Shown piece after piece: positions 1 through 9,532 of a stretch of DNA of 64,000 nt (position 1 is the first letter of the stretch; the number at the start of each line of letters is the position of its first letter). Source of the DNA: a virus (taxonomy: Duplodnaviria > Caudoviricetes). Location of the stretch: IMG/VR virus record IMGVR_UViG_2513237354_000022, positions 1 through 64,000 of that record; one strand, written 5' to 3'. The notes under the pieces are model-generated. The model was not told the origin of the DNA and did not search any database. It saw only the letters and a list, made by a program, of their open reading frames with translations. The position numbers and the translations under genes are program-made.

Positions 1-1572
1 TCAGGCAGAGGGAAGCTCGACCTTCCATGGCAGCAGATCGCGGACCCGGTTCACCGGCCAGTCCTGTATATGACCGATGACGTAACGCAACCACGTCTCG
101 GGGTCAACGCCGTTAAGCCGGCAGGTGACGATCAGAGAGTAGAGGATCGCCGCACGTTCTCCGCCTGTATCTGAACCGGCGAACAGCCAGTTTTTCCGGC
201 CCAGGGCTACGCCACGCAGCGCGTTCTCCGCGATATTGTTGTCGATCTCCGCCCAGCCATTGCTGCAGTACAGGTTTAACGCGTCCCACTGCTTCAGTAG
301 ATAGGCGAACGCCTTCGCCGTGTCCGAGTGGCGCGACAGTACCTTCATCTGAACCTGTATCCAGTCGTACAGTGACTGCATTAACGGGATAGTCTGCTCT
401 TTACGTACCGCCAGCCGCTCGTCTGCCGGGCTGCCGCGTATCTCAGCCTCGATGGCATACAGCTTTCCGATACGCTTCAGCGCTTCGGTTGTGATGTCGG
501 TCGGTGTCCGGGCATGCACGTCGTGGATTTTTCGCCGGGCGTGCGCCATGCAGGCTGCTTCGGTTATGCGGCCATCTTCGTACAGCGCATTATAACCACC
601 GTAAGCGTCCGCCTGCAGGATACCGCTGTACCCCGCAAGGTGCCGCTGTGGATGTACGCCTTTCCGGTCCGGCGAGTACGCGAACCAGACCGCCGGTCGA
701 AGCTGTGAGCCCGCGTTGCGGTCGTCCCGCACGTATACCCACAGCCGGGCCGTGCGCGTTTTACCGCTGCCCGGCTCCTGTACCGGCACAGGGATATCGT
801 CGGTGTGCACCTTGCCCGGCATCAGCACGTACTGGCGCAGCAGGCCGTACAGCGGCTCCAGCAGTTCGCTTACCGCGCCGGACCAGCGCCCCAGCGTTGC
901 CCGGCTCAGCTCCACGCCCTGGCGACGGTATATCTCTGACTGACGATAGTGTGGCGTATGTTCGGCGAACTTCGCCGTGACGATGCGCGCCAGCAGGCCG
1001 GGGCCCGCATAGCTGCGCTCGATGGGTTTTGAGGGCATGGCTGTCTGAACGATGTGGTCACAGCTGCAGCAGGCCAGCTTCGGCCGCTGCGTTTCGATAA
1101 CCTTAAAGGCGCTGCTGATAAGCTCCAGCTGCTCTGACACGTCGCAGCCCAGCGGGTTGAGGTCGCCGCCGCACGCCGGACAGGCGGTTTCTGCCGGCGA
1201 CAGCGTGCGGGTTTCGCGGGGAAGTGAGGCCGGCAGCGGTTTGCGGGCGGAAGACTGGCGCAGCGGCTGCGGGAGTGCCGGGTCATGCTGCTCGCCCAGC
1301 ACCTCAGCCATCTCCTCCTGCAGGGCGCTGATGCGCTCCTCTGCCTCGCGCACCTGGCGGGCCGTTTTCTCACGCAGCTTTTCGGAGCTTTTGCCGAACT
1401 GCATACGTTGCAGCTTAGCAACCAGCGCCTTCAGGCGGTTGATTTCGCTGGCGTACGCCGCCACCCGCTGCGAGAGCAGACGGTTATATTCCGCCATTTT
1501 GCGGATGGTCGTTTGCTGCTCCTGCAGCAGCGCCCTGAGCCGGGCGTTTTCATCAGGGTATGAGGTATCCAT
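1..1572 (-). CDS. tnpC: IS66 transposase TnpC
   Basis: 523 aa; N-terminal coiled coil, CPACGG zinc finger, [26 protein letters not shown] motifs. Confidence 0.97.
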   Translation of the reverse strand: MDTSYPDENARLRALLQEQQTTIRKMAEYNRLLSQRVAAYASEINRLKALVAKLQRMQFGKSSEKLREKTARQVREAEERISALQEEMAEVLGEQHDPALPQPLRQSSARKPLPASLPRETRTLSPAETACPACGGDLNPLGCDVSEQLELISSAFKVIETQRPKLACCSCDHIVQTAMPSKPIERSYAGPGLLARIVTAKFAEHTPHYRQSEIYRRQGVELSRATLGRWSGAVSELLEPLYGLLRQYVLMPGKVHTDDIPVPVQEPGSGKTRTARLWVYVRDDRNAGSQLRPAVWFAYSPDRKGVHPQRHLAGYSGILQADAYGGYNALYEDGRITEAACMAHARRKIHDVHARTPTDITTEALKRIGKLYAIEAEIRGSPADERLAVRKEQTIPLMQSLYDWIQVQMKVLSRHSDTAKAFAYLLKQWDALNLYCSNGWAEIDNNIAENALRGVALGRKNWLFAGSDTGGERAAILYSLIVTCRLNGVDPETWLRYVIGHIQDWPVNRVRDLLPWKVELPSA

Positions 1573-1591
1573 AACCCCACTTTACAGCAGG

Positions 1592-1939
1592 TTATATGCG
1601 TATTCCAGGGCGTTCCGTCCGCTGGGGATGCTTCCAGTTAATGCCTTCCAGCAGCATGGACAGCTGCGCAGGCGTCAGGTGGATTTTGCCGTCACGGGTC
1701 ACCGGCCAGACGAAGCGGCCACGTTCCAGCCTTTTGGTAAACATGCACAGGCCGTCCCGGTCGGCCCACAGTACCTTTATCATGTCGCCGCGCCGGCCGC
1801 GGAAGATGAACAGATGCCCGCTGAACGGGTCATCCCGTAACGTATTCTGCACCCTGGAAGCCAGACCATTGAAGCCGTTGCGCATGTCGGTGATGCCGGC
1901 AACCAGCCAGATGCGGGAACCTGCAGGAAGTGATATCAC
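1592..1939 (-). CDS. tnpB: IS66 accessory protein TnpB
   Basis: 115 aa; TDMRNGFNGL, DPFSGHLFIFRGRRGD, KRLERGRFVWP. Confidence 0.97.
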   Translation of the reverse strand: MISLPAGSRIWLVAGITDMRNGFNGLASRVQNTLRDDPFSGHLFIFRGRRGDMIKVLWADRDGLCMFTKRLERGRFVWPVTRDGKIHLTPAQLSMLLEGINWKHPQRTERPGIRI

Positions 1940-2565
1940 CGCGAACTCCCCTGCATTTCCCGGATAAGCATCTGAAGCAGCTCTGGCGTCAGCTTTCCGC
2001 TGATACGAAGCGTGCCGGCGGGCAGAACCAGCTCACAGCAGGGGGCATCGTCGCTCTGAACGGACGGTGGATGAGGCTGTCCGGGGCCTGATTCAGCAGC
2101 GAGCGTCACGGGCAACATGACCGGCGCATCTGTCCGCGCAGCCAGCAGCCCCTGCTGATAAAGTCGCCGCCAGTTGAACAGGAGATTATCGTTAATGTTA
2201 TTTTCGCGGGCAAGCTGTGCCACGCTGACGCCGGGCTGCATCGACTGCTCCACCATGGCGATTTTGAAGTCGCGGGGGAAGTTGGGGCGTCGTGGTCGTT
2301 TGCGGGCGACAGGGATTTCACAGGGAGCAGGGACGACGGGAAGAACGGACGATTTTCGGGATGCCTGTTGGTAAAGGCGCTTATCCAGAATTTTGGCGTT
2401 GATTCGTGGCGGCAAAGGCCAGGAGAGACCGGCCTTCCTGAAGCGAACAAAGAGATCGCAGGCCGTGGTTTTGGGGATACCCAGCCTGCGCCCGGCCTCA
2501 ATACGCGGCAGCTTTTCATCAAAATGGAGGCGAAGCGCCTCAAGGAGCCATGTCCGGTGTTTCAC
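1936..2565 (-). CDS. tnpA: IS66 accessory protein TnpA with extra N-terminal HTH
   Basis: 209 aa, GTG start; RRPNFPRDFKIAMV...SVAQLARENNINDNLLFNWRR HTH and C-terminal CELVLPAGTLRI. Confidence 0.9.
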   Translation of the reverse strand: MKHRTWLLEALRLHFDEKLPRIEAGRRLGIPKTTACDLFVRFRKAGLSWPLPPRINAKILDKRLYQQASRKSSVLPVVPAPCEIPVARKRPRRPNFPRDFKIAMVEQSMQPGVSVAQLARENNINDNLLFNWRRLYQQGLLAARTDAPVMLPVTLAAESGPGQPHPPSVQSDDAPCCELVLPAGTLRISGKLTPELLQMLIREMQGSSR

Positions 2566-2568
2566 GCG

Positions 2569-2599
2569 ATAGTGTCCATTAAAAAATGATGGACACTAT
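2569..2599. promoter_or_regulatory. Perfect 11-bp inverted repeat upstream of tnpA (possible operator or translation-control hairpin)
   Basis: ATAGTGTCCAT (2569-2579), 9-nt spacer, ATGGACACTAT (2589-2599). Confidence 0.55.
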
Positions 2600-2649
2600 T
2601 TTCCCGGAACCGGAGCCCGCTGCACAGACGGTTTAAATGTGACGCTTAC

Positions 2650-3066
2650 GGTTATGTTGCCGGTCACGTGCATTTCTGGCGTGGTCACATTCACGCCGCC
2701 CGGCGCAGTGATATTTGCTGTTGAGCATTTGATGTTCACAGGGTTTGGTGAGGTGATGTTGATTGCACCATCCGCGAACTCAATAAATTGGGTCGGCTCG
2801 CCATTGAGAAAACCCCCGAAATAAAGCGCATCTGATTTGCTGTGCATTCGGGGCGACCCGGGGGCTGACTGCTTAAGGTTGGCCCTCACAAGTGAGTTAT
2901 CACGATCACAGATGGCAGCCATACCAATATCACCGACTACCGGATTCATTATTACGGCGCTACTACCACGCTGAAGCCGGAAAACAGGAACGTTATATAC
3001 CGGCTTGTTCTCAATGATTGCGCCGCTCTGGTCCGTTCGGGAGATAAGAGGAAGCATGTCTACAAC
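2650..3066 (-). pseudogene. Internal fragment of a Gp138/gpV-like baseplate spike gene from a third phage
   Basis: LVVDMLPLI...VPVFRLQRGSSAVIMNPVVGDIG...CDRD...H..SDALYFGGFLN parallels the spikes at 8789-9532 and 40713-41453. Cut by IS66 (3' end) and IS630 (5' end). Confidence 0.85.
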
Positions 3067-3068
3067 TA

Positions 3069-4219
3069 AATAACTGCTCGGAATAGTAGATCCCTTAGAG
3101 GGAACTCAGTCCGGTTTATGCGATCTGATCAATCGCTGAATATCCCAAATCACCAGCCGGACTGAGCAATGTCGATCATAGCACCAATACCCAGAACCGA
3201 ACGACGCCTGATGCAGAAAACTATCCATAAAACAAAGGACAAAAACCACGCCCGGCGGCTCACCGCCATGCTGATGCTGCATCGTGGTGACACCGTCAGT
3301 CATGTTGCCAGAACACTCTGCTGTGCCCGCTCATCGATTGGTCGCTGGATTAACTGGTTCACTCTGTCTGGTGCTGAAGGCCTGAAGTCATTACCGTCAG
3401 GACGCGGGAGGCGCTGGCCGTTCGAACATATTTGCGCATTGCTGCGTGAGCTTGTTAAGCATTCTCCCGGCGATTTTGGTTATCAGCGTTCCCGCTGGAG
3501 CACCGAACTTCTGGCGATAAAAATCCGTGATATCACCGGTTGTCCGCTACATGCTTCAACCATCCGGCGATGGTTACCTGCTGCCGGCCTGGTATGGCGG
3601 AGAGCCGCGCCGACACTGCGTATCCGTGACCCACACAAAGAAGAAAAAATGGTCGCTATCCATGAAGCACTGGCGAAATGTAGTGCGGAAAACCCCGTGT
3701 TTTACGAAGATGAAGTGGATATTCATCTCAACCCGAAAATCGGTGCTGACTGGCAGTTACGCGGGCAGCAAAAACGAGTTGTCACTCCGGGCCAGAATGA
3801 AAAGTACTATCTTGCCGGTGCGCTGCACAGCGGTACGGGAAAAGTCAGCTACGTTGGTGGAAACAGTAAAGGTTCATCCTTATTTATCAGACTGTTAAAA
3901 CATCTGAAGGCGACATACCGGCGTGCAAAAACGATTACGCTCATTGTAGATAACTACATCATCCACAAAAGCCGTGAAACGTTGCGCTGGCTGAAAGCAA
4001 ACCCAAAGTTCAGGGTCATTTACCAGCCGATTTACTCGCCGTGGGTCAATCATGTCGAACGGTTGTGGCAGGCGCTTCATGAGACAATAACCCGAAATCA
4101 CCAGTGCAGTTCAATGTGGCAACTGTTGAAAAAGGTCCATCACTTTATGAATACCGTCAGCCCATTCCCCGGGGGAAACATGGGCTGGCTAAAGTGTAGC
4201 GGTATTAGGATCAGTTATT
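3069..4219 (+). mobile_element. IS630-family element, copy 1 (1151 bp)
   Basis: Ends AATAACTGCTC / GATCAGTTATT; TA at 3067-3068 and 4220-4221 within a CTAG target. Near-identical to 26053-27203. Confidence 0.95.
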
Positions 4220-4320
4220 TAGATATGCCGATGATTTGTCCTCATGAAAAAATAGATATGAATTGGCGTAGTTACTGGCACTTAAATAATTCATTGAATT
4301 ACCTAGAAAAACGAAACTAA
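3169..4320 (+). CDS. IS630 transposase, ORF reads through the right end into the flank
   Basis: DDE motifs FYEDEV, LIVDNY, NHVERLW. The IS630-like C-terminus KHGLAKV-TAG (TAG 4197-4199) lies in another frame from the G5A3 run at 4171-4178. Confidence 0.92.
   Translation: MSIIAPIPRTERRLMQKTIHKTKDKNHARRLTAMLMLHRGDTVSHVARTLCCARSSIGRWINWFTLSGAEGLKSLPSGRGRRWPFEHICALLRELVKHSPGDFGYQRSRWSTELLAIKIRDITGCPLHASTIRRWLPAAGLVWRRAAPTLRIRDPHKEEKMVAIHEALAKCSAENPVFYEDEVDIHLNPKIGADWQLRGQQKRVVTPGQNEKYYLAGALHSGTGKVSYVGGNSKGSSLFIRLLKHLKATYRRAKTITLIVDNYIIHKSRETLRWLKANPKFRVIYQPIYSPWVNHVERLWQALHETITRNHQCSSMWQLLKKVHHFMNTVSPFPGGNMGWLKCSGIRISYLDMPMICPHEKIDMNWRSYWHLNNSLNYLEKRN
4221..4320 (+). pseudogene. Possible degenerate retron-type reverse transcriptase fragment
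   Basis: AGA TAT GCC GAT GAT TTG = RYADDL (4221-4238), then GTA GTT ACT GGC = VVTG (4268-4279) in another frame; AT-rich, with stops and indels. Confidence 0.35.
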
Positions 4321-4426
4321 CACAGTAAAATATGAAAACAAGAACTTTCTGAAAGACATGTAATTATAAAACAACCAATATCGTCTTGTAGCTTAAAAGT
4401 CGTTTCAGAGTTGCTATATCGGTTTC

Positions 4427-4450
4427 GCCCGCCCCCACGCGGGCTTTTTT
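4427..4450 (+). terminator. Rho-independent terminator
   Basis: GCCCGC-ccccac-GCGGGC followed by T6. Confidence 0.8.
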
Positions 4451-4529
4451 GTGCTTAATTACTGTACTCAGGCCTAATCTGCCTTTAGAATTCCACCTCA
4501 TTCAATAACCATACTAACAAGAGGTGTAT

Positions 4530-4739
4530 ATGGATGAGATAGATTTGGCTCAGGAACAGGAAATCACACTTAGAGAAGCAGCTCTCGCAGCCCGCAAACA
4601 AAGGCCTGTCAGCCTGGACGGAAATTGCATCTGGTGTAAAGATGAACCTGTCATCGCCAACACAGCGTTTTGCTCCGCAGAGTGTGACGATGACTACCAC
4701 AAGTATCAGCGCGAGATGAGACAGCGTCTAAGCCACTAG
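4530..4739 (+). CDS. TraR/DksA-like C4 zinc-finger protein
   Basis: GAGG RBS; N-terminal DEIDLA (DxxDxA) motif; CIWC...CSAEC. Confidence 0.75.
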   Translation: MDEIDLAQEQEITLREAALAARKQRPVSLDGNCIWCKDEPVIANTAFCSAECDDDYHKYQREMRQRLSH

Positions 4740-4748
4740 TATTATTCA

Positions 4749-4988
4749 ATGAGGTTAATTTTGAAAACATTATTACTTATCTCAGCCACCGCCTTGCTGG
4801 CCGGCTGTTCACCGCTTAAAGTCCAGCAACATCAGACTGGCATGGCTAATCCTGCCTCGGTGTACTGTGAAAAAATTGGCGGCAAACTGGACATCGTTAA
4901 GGAACCCGGGGGCGAAGTGGGATACTGCACACTACCCAGCGGCGAACGCATAGAAGAATGGACTCTGTTCAGAAAAGATGGTAAGTGA
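4749..4988 (+). CDS. DUF333-family lipoprotein
   Basis: Lipobox LLAGC; MANPASVYC...GG...GYCTLPSGERIEEWTLFR. Confidence 0.88.
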   Translation: MRLILKTLLLISATALLAGCSPLKVQQHQTGMANPASVYCEKIGGKLDIVKEPGGEVGYCTLPSGERIEEWTLFRKDGK

Positions 4989-5118
4989 CGCCTGTATAAG
5001 TCCGCTGTAATGTGTTTTCTCCTCAAAACGAATCTACGGACATGCATTGATTACTAAGACGAACTGGAAATATAATTATATAACCCTGCCATAATCAGAA
5101 CATACAAGGAAAGATATA

Positions 5119-5291
5119 GGCTTTGTTGAATAAATGGATTTTATGCTGTGGTACTATGAAAACGGTTGTTTCAGATAACATAAAATCAATGCATTACATG
5201 CTTGCGTATGACGGTGTTCTGTCTGGCATCAGCGTTTTCTACCAAAACAGTGCAGACAAAACAGAATGATTACCTATTATTCAACAAAGCC
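5119..5291 (+). mobile_element. 173-bp MITE with IS903-like terminal inverted repeats, copy A
   Basis: 15-bp perfect TIR GGCTTTGTTGAATAA at both ends; no transposase ORF. Reverse complement of 33816-33988 with one mismatch seen. Flanks AAAGATATA / GACGCCAAG are not a duplication. Confidence 0.9.
5147..5157 (+). promoter_or_regulatory. Extended -10 promoter motif inside the MITE (also at 33950-33960, minus strand)
   Basis: TGTG-G-TACTAT matches the TRTGn + -10 consensus. Confidence 0.5.
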
Positions 5292-5756
5292 GACGCCAAG
5301 CTGCAGCTCTGTGCGCCAGTCGGAAGTGACCACATTCGCAGCAGTGAGCAGGCTCTGGCGCTGCGCACGGGCTTTCTCCTGAAAGGCGGCTTTTTCTTCA
5401 TTTGCATCATGTACCCATGCGCTGCCGTCCCATTTCATATATTGCTCTGCAGGTGCCGTTGATACGGTGCCGTCAGGCAGGTCTCCCAGTGAAGTAATCA
5501 GTTGCGGTGAACCATCAGTAAGACTGTAAACAGTCTTACCTCTGTGGTCCGCGACCAGCGACCATTTATCCTGCTCAGCGTGATAAACAGCGGCGCTACC
5601 TACCGGAATATCTGGTGGCGGGGCCAGTGTGCAGTTAGCTGGCAGGCCGGTATGTGCAGGAATGTAACAGTCACTCCTGCCTATAAATTCCTGCGTATCC
5701 GGTCGCAGGTTATAAATCTTCAGCGTCTGTGCTTTATCTGACATTTCAAAGGTCAT
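5292..5756 (-). pseudogene. Tail fibre assembly chaperone (Tfa), 3' truncated by the MITE
   Basis: Tfa-like sequence up to DWRTELQLGV; the MITE end supplies GFVE-stop. The homolog at 36879-37469 continues about 37 more residues. Confidence 0.88.
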
Positions 5757-6724
5757 TATGCGAGTCTCACGATGTAATTAAATGCAATATTGTCTACGGT
5801 ATTGGCAGCGTTTCCGGTCGCATTGATGGTCAGGCCGTGGCCGTGCGGACCCAGCGGGACAGTGTGCTGGTGAGGACCAATCACAACGGTATGGGCATGA
5901 TTGCCAGAATCGCTGGTCGCACGGTCCTGGTTACCCATATGAACATCATCCATGGAAACGTGGTAAACATCAGGGCCGCCCCCAAACCAGTCATAAGCGT
6001 GATTATGCTGGCCCTGCACATCAGTCGCCTTATTGCCGTAATCAAACACGCTGGTGTTGGGGCTGCCGAGGTCCGTTGCGGCTACCGCGCCTGTATGGGT
6101 GTGCGACTGAATGCCGCCTGCTTCAGGACTGAGAACGGCCCGGTCATCGGATTTGCCTTTAATGGTCTGGCCACGCATGTCAGGCAGCTTTCCTGAAGGG
6201 TACGCAGCGGCCAGTTGAGGATACTTTGTCGTGTCGAAGGCCTGGCCCTGAAGAATGGCGTAAAATTCAGGAGGTTTATCCATTGGCCATGGGACAGGGG
6301 CACCTACAGGATAAAAATTTACGCTGTTATCCGCATGCAGATATCGCGCATCCAGATTCGTGAGCGGAAACAGCGCCAGCCAATCGTCAGTAGTCTCTGT
6401 GGGTTCAAGAGCCGTGTCGTTCTGCGCCCGCCAGACGGTACCGCCGTTCACCACCGTAGCGCCTTTCGGCCACGTCCCCTTTTGCCAGTCCGGCCAGGCG
6501 TTCTGCTCAAGCCACAAAATCGCCTCGTCCGTTCGCTTCTGCAGCGCATTAACCCATTCCATCGGCGGAATGCCGTTAGTCGGATCGGTTACGGTTTTTC
6601 CGTCCGGGCCTTTACCGTCAGTCGTGACCCCCCAGCCTCGGGGCACGGAGGGAAAATCCAGTACCTCACCCTCATTTGCCCCTGAGGCAAAGACTTCTCC
6701 GTCAGGTCGCTTTCCTATTGCCAT
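5756..6724 (-). CDS. Tail fibre protein, prophage 1
   Basis: 322 aa; tail-collar domain ([10 protein letters not shown]...[18 protein letters not shown]), repeated HxH motifs, ends [11 protein letters not shown]. Confidence 0.92.
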   Translation of the reverse strand: MAIGKRPDGEVFASGANEGEVLDFPSVPRGWGVTTDGKGPDGKTVTDPTNGIPPMEWVNALQKRTDEAILWLEQNAWPDWQKGTWPKGATVVNGGTVWRAQNDTALEPTETTDDWLALFPLTNLDARYLHADNSVNFYPVGAPVPWPMDKPPEFYAILQGQAFDTTKYPQLAAAYPSGKLPDMRGQTIKGKSDDRAVLSPEAGGIQSHTHTGAVAATDLGSPNTSVFDYGNKATDVQGQHNHAYDWFGGGPDVYHVSMDDVHMGNQDRATSDSGNHAHTVVIGPHQHTVPLGPHGHGLTINATGNAANTVDNIAFNYIVRLA

Positions 6725-6727
6725 ACC

Positions 6728-7303
6728 TTAATTCTCCACAAACGTATAATTCATGCCCGACGCGCGCGGCAGCACGTCGAGCGATTTCGCGCAGAAAAGC
6801 ACAAAGGCTTCCGCGCCAGTGGTGGTTATCTTCCAGTGGCAGGGACCTGTGACATCGACCAGACAGCGCCCTGCGCCAAACAGTAGCTCACAGGCACGCT
6901 CCAGGTCGTCCAGCGTGCAGCCGGAGAAGTTTTTTATGCATCTGGCCCGAATGGGCGTGCGCATCTCCGCGTCGGTCAGGGTGGCCGACGCGCTGGTGGT
7001 GTCGCCGTGGCGGTACCAGGGTGAGCCGCCTGTATTGCTGACCTGAAAGCCCCGCGTGTCCGGATATCCTTTAAATGCGAAAAACTCCCGCGCCACGGCC
7101 CCGTTCAGCACCCTGCCCTGCCCGGTGATTTTGCCGATGATGCCCAGGTTCACCCCGCCCGCACGCTCAATATCCAGCATGTCAGGCACCGACAGCGCGC
7201 CGGTAAACGACTGCGCCATGCCATCCGCCAGCGCCTGAATGGTCGCCCTGGCTTTCGGCTTCGTGCCGTACTGTGAAATGAGTAAATCTGCATACCCGGT
7301 CAT
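6728..7303 (-). CDS. Baseplate wedge protein (DUF2612-like)
   Basis: YADLLISQY..KPKA...LDIERA.GVNL.IIGKI; follows baseplate J. Confidence 0.85.
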   Translation of the reverse strand: MTGYADLLISQYGTKPKARATIQALADGMAQSFTGALSVPDMLDIERAGGVNLGIIGKITGQGRVLNGAVAREFFAFKGYPDTRGFQVSNTGGSPWYRHGDTTSASATLTDAEMRTPIRARCIKNFSGCTLDDLERACELLFGAGRCLVDVTGPCHWKITTTGAEAFVLFCAKSLDVLPRASGMNYTFVEN

Positions 7304-8457
7304 GAGCTGCTTTCCTCAATGACCTGCACGGTAATACCGGTCGTCAGAAAACGGGCCTTTTCCCGTGCACCGATGGCGACCGACAGCACATCTGCAGGCG
7401 CGTCCCCGTCGCGTGCCAGCAGCACATCACGGACGAACACGCCGGTCACGGCCCCCGCCGCTGCGCTCACATCTGACCGGTAAACCCACTCTCCGGTTTT
7501 GTAGGCGAGTGCTACGATGGCAGCTTTAACGGTGTCCTCATCGACATGGATGAAGTTTTCGCGGCGACCGATTTTAATAATGGCAGAGATATCGACGGCG
7601 GTGGGTCGGTCGAATTTTATCGCCGCTGTTTGTCCACTGTAGCGCGTTACGTCCACCGATACCGCCCCCTGCAACCCGGTACCCGGCCAGTTGTCATAGA
7701 TGGCCTTTGCCACGGCGGCATTATCTCCACCCTCGACGATATAGTTCACCGAGTGCGGCGGCACGCCGTTTGCGTCGGTCTCATCCGTCCGGTTCTCCAG
7801 CGCCACCACGTCGGTCACCCCCGTCAGTCCGGCGACGTCCGCCAACGTGCCGTCCACGCAGTTTGTTGCCGCCCGCGAACGGGATTTATAAAACCGCGCC
7901 AGCAGCTCCGGGTCGGTCTCCTCATTTTCACCGGGTGTGGCCGCCACGGTGGTGGTGGCCGAGTCCCAGCCAGCAATCACCGTGACGATGGTGAGTTTTG
8001 CTCCCGCATCCACGCTGAACTGCCCCGCCTCCGCCGAGCGGAAGTCAGTTTTAACCGTGCCCTCAGCCCCGAATGTGGCATCAGCCTGTGTCACCCACTG
8101 CGTGTTGCCGCCGCTGACCGTTGCACCGGCAGGGACTTTTTTACCCGCGGTGCCGGTAAGCAGCACGTCCTGAATTACCGAATAAGACGCTCCACGCCGC
8201 GTCAGCCCGGCAAACGCCACCTTCTGCTCCAGCCAGGTGCCGGTAGCATTGTCCGGGTCGTTTGCCTGCACCACGGCCTCAATCACACCCTCAACGTCCG
8301 CCCGCATCTGGGCAAAGATGCCGATCATCTGCCCGTCCGGATCGTCCGGGTCCGTCAGAATGTCGTCCCCGTAGATGCCCTTAAATTTCGTCACCAGGCC
8401 GGAAAAAATATCGTCGAGCCGGTCAGCGACGTAGCCCTGATCCGTCAGTTTTCCCAT
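7300..8457 (-). CDS. Baseplate J/gp47-family protein
   Basis: 385 aa; DPDNATG.WL, GENEETD.EL.AR, NGVPPHSVNYIVEGG. Confidence 0.92.
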   Translation of the reverse strand: MGKLTDQGYVADRLDDIFSGLVTKFKGIYGDDILTDPDDPDGQMIGIFAQMRADVEGVIEAVVQANDPDNATGTWLEQKVAFAGLTRRGASYSVIQDVLLTGTAGKKVPAGATVSGGNTQWVTQADATFGAEGTVKTDFRSAEAGQFSVDAGAKLTIVTVIAGWDSATTTVAATPGENEETDPELLARFYKSRSRAATNCVDGTLADVAGLTGVTDVVALENRTDETDANGVPPHSVNYIVEGGDNAAVAKAIYDNWPGTGLQGAVSVDVTRYSGQTAAIKFDRPTAVDISAIIKIGRRENFIHVDEDTVKAAIVALAYKTGEWVYRSDVSAAAGAVTGVFVRDVLLARDGDAPADVLSVAIGAREKARFLTTGITVQVIEESSS

Positions 8458-8792
8458 CAGGCCGTTACCTCGCTCTCTGTGCCATATATGTCGGTGAAGG
8501 TGGCCGCGACCGTCAGTTTTCTCGACTTCGGCACGTACTGCGTATCAAACGCCGTCAGCGTCTTCACCCCGTCCGTCTGCAGAATGCAGCTGCGGATGTC
8601 GGATTCCAGCTTCACCCGCGACCCGCGCCGCGCCATATTGCCGGTCCAATCCAGACCGTGGTCGAGGTTCAGAAACCAGTCCTGCTTCAGCGACAGCAGC
8701 CGGATGCGTACACACTCAGACTTTGTGGCATAGGAGCCGCGCCCCCACCCGAATGTCCAGTCGCCGTCCGCATCAAGCCGCCTCGTTCTCAT
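8457..8792 (-). CDS. Baseplate wedge/W-like (gp46-like) protein
   Basis: RRLDADGDWTFG...DWFLNLDHGLDW...DIYG; homolog of 40131-40484. Confidence 0.85.
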   Translation of the reverse strand: MRTRRLDADGDWTFGWGRGSYATKSECVRIRLLSLKQDWFLNLDHGLDWTGNMARRGSRVKLESDIRSCILQTDGVKTLTAFDTQYVPKSRKLTVAATFTDIYGTESEVTA

Positions 8793-9532
8793 GCCTGCGC
8801 CTCCGAGGTCTGCCCGTTCTGGCTGTCGGTGTGGTGGTGGGATTTGCTGCCAATGCCGTCAACCGTCACGTCGCCGCCGGTGACCTCAACCGCCCCACTA
8901 ATTTTCGCGGCTGCGCCCTCGCCTCCGCTGGCCGACAGGCCGCCGTTCATCGCTGCCGCGCCCGTGACGGTCAGCGTGTCGTCCATCGTGACCGGCTTCT
9001 TAAATTCGACCTGGCAGTGAACGGTCAGCTTCGTGCCATTGATGTCAACGTTCCCGCCGGTATCGATGGCCACATAGCCGGGACCATCGAGCTGGCACAT
9101 CACGATGGCGTCATTACGGAAGCTGCCAATAGCCCGCGCCAGACTCGAGAACCCCGGCAGAAACCCGCCGTCGCTCCAGTCATGCTGCCGGTGTTCGGCG
9201 GCCTGGCTCACCAGACCCGTGGTGAACCAGTCGTCGATACAGCGATCGGCAAACAGCACCCAGCCCTCATCGCCTGGGTTCACCGGAAAGGTGAACGCAA
9301 ACCCGCCGCCGCGCGGAAACTTCACCGGCACATCGGCCAGCACCGGCGGCGTCATTGCCCCACCGTTCTCATCGGTACCGGCAATGGCCGCCTGCAGCGT
9401 CACCGTCTGATTTTTGTCGTCAAAGGCCGTCACGATAGCAGGCATGGCCACGCGCAGCCTGCCCGACAAGTCACTGGCAGCCGCCTCCATCACTGAATCC
9501 ATAGATGCCGTATCGCGGTCAAGCGTGCTCAT
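8789..9532 (-). CDS. Baseplate central spike (Gp138/gpV-like)
   Basis: LRVAMPAIV, DVPVKFPRGGG, GDEG.V.FADRCID.W, C-terminal HHHTD. Confidence 0.9.
   Translation of the reverse strand: MSTLDRDTASMDSVMEAAASDLSGRLRVAMPAIVTAFDDKNQTVTLQAAIAGTDENGGAMTPPVLADVPVKFPRGGGFAFTFPVNPGDEGWVLFADRCIDDWFTTGLVSQAAEHRQHDWSDGGFLPGFSSLARAIGSFRNDAIVMCQLDGPGYVAIDTGGNVDINGTKLTVHCQVEFKKPVTMDDTLTVTGAAAMNGGLSASGGEGAAAKISGAVEVTGGDVTVDGIGSKSHHHTDSQNGQTSEAQA

Larger units (their letters stand above)
1..2649 (-). mobile_element. IS66-family insertion sequence (other end outside window)
   Basis: tnpA-tnpB-tnpC in order. Terminal GTAAGCGTC on minus strand ends at 2649 (plus strand gacgcttac 2641-2649). Adjacent 8 bp flank is GGTTATGT. 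Confidence 0.95.

Noticed and set aside
5202-5462. ORF starting inside the MITE and running antisense into tfa
   Set aside because: Crosses an element boundary, has no RBS and no recognisable domain.
5292-6724. Invertible tail-fibre (shufflon/Gin-type) or diversity-generating retroelement cassette
   Set aside because: No invertase, alternate fibre tip, crossover repeats, intact RT or template/variable repeat pair was seen near either fibre.
7546-8733. Long plus-strand ORFs antisense to structural genes (also 15520-16956, 20297-21088, 23702-24643, 54665-55480)
   Set aside because: Shadow frames of GC-rich coding sequence; no RBS, motifs or plausible composition.
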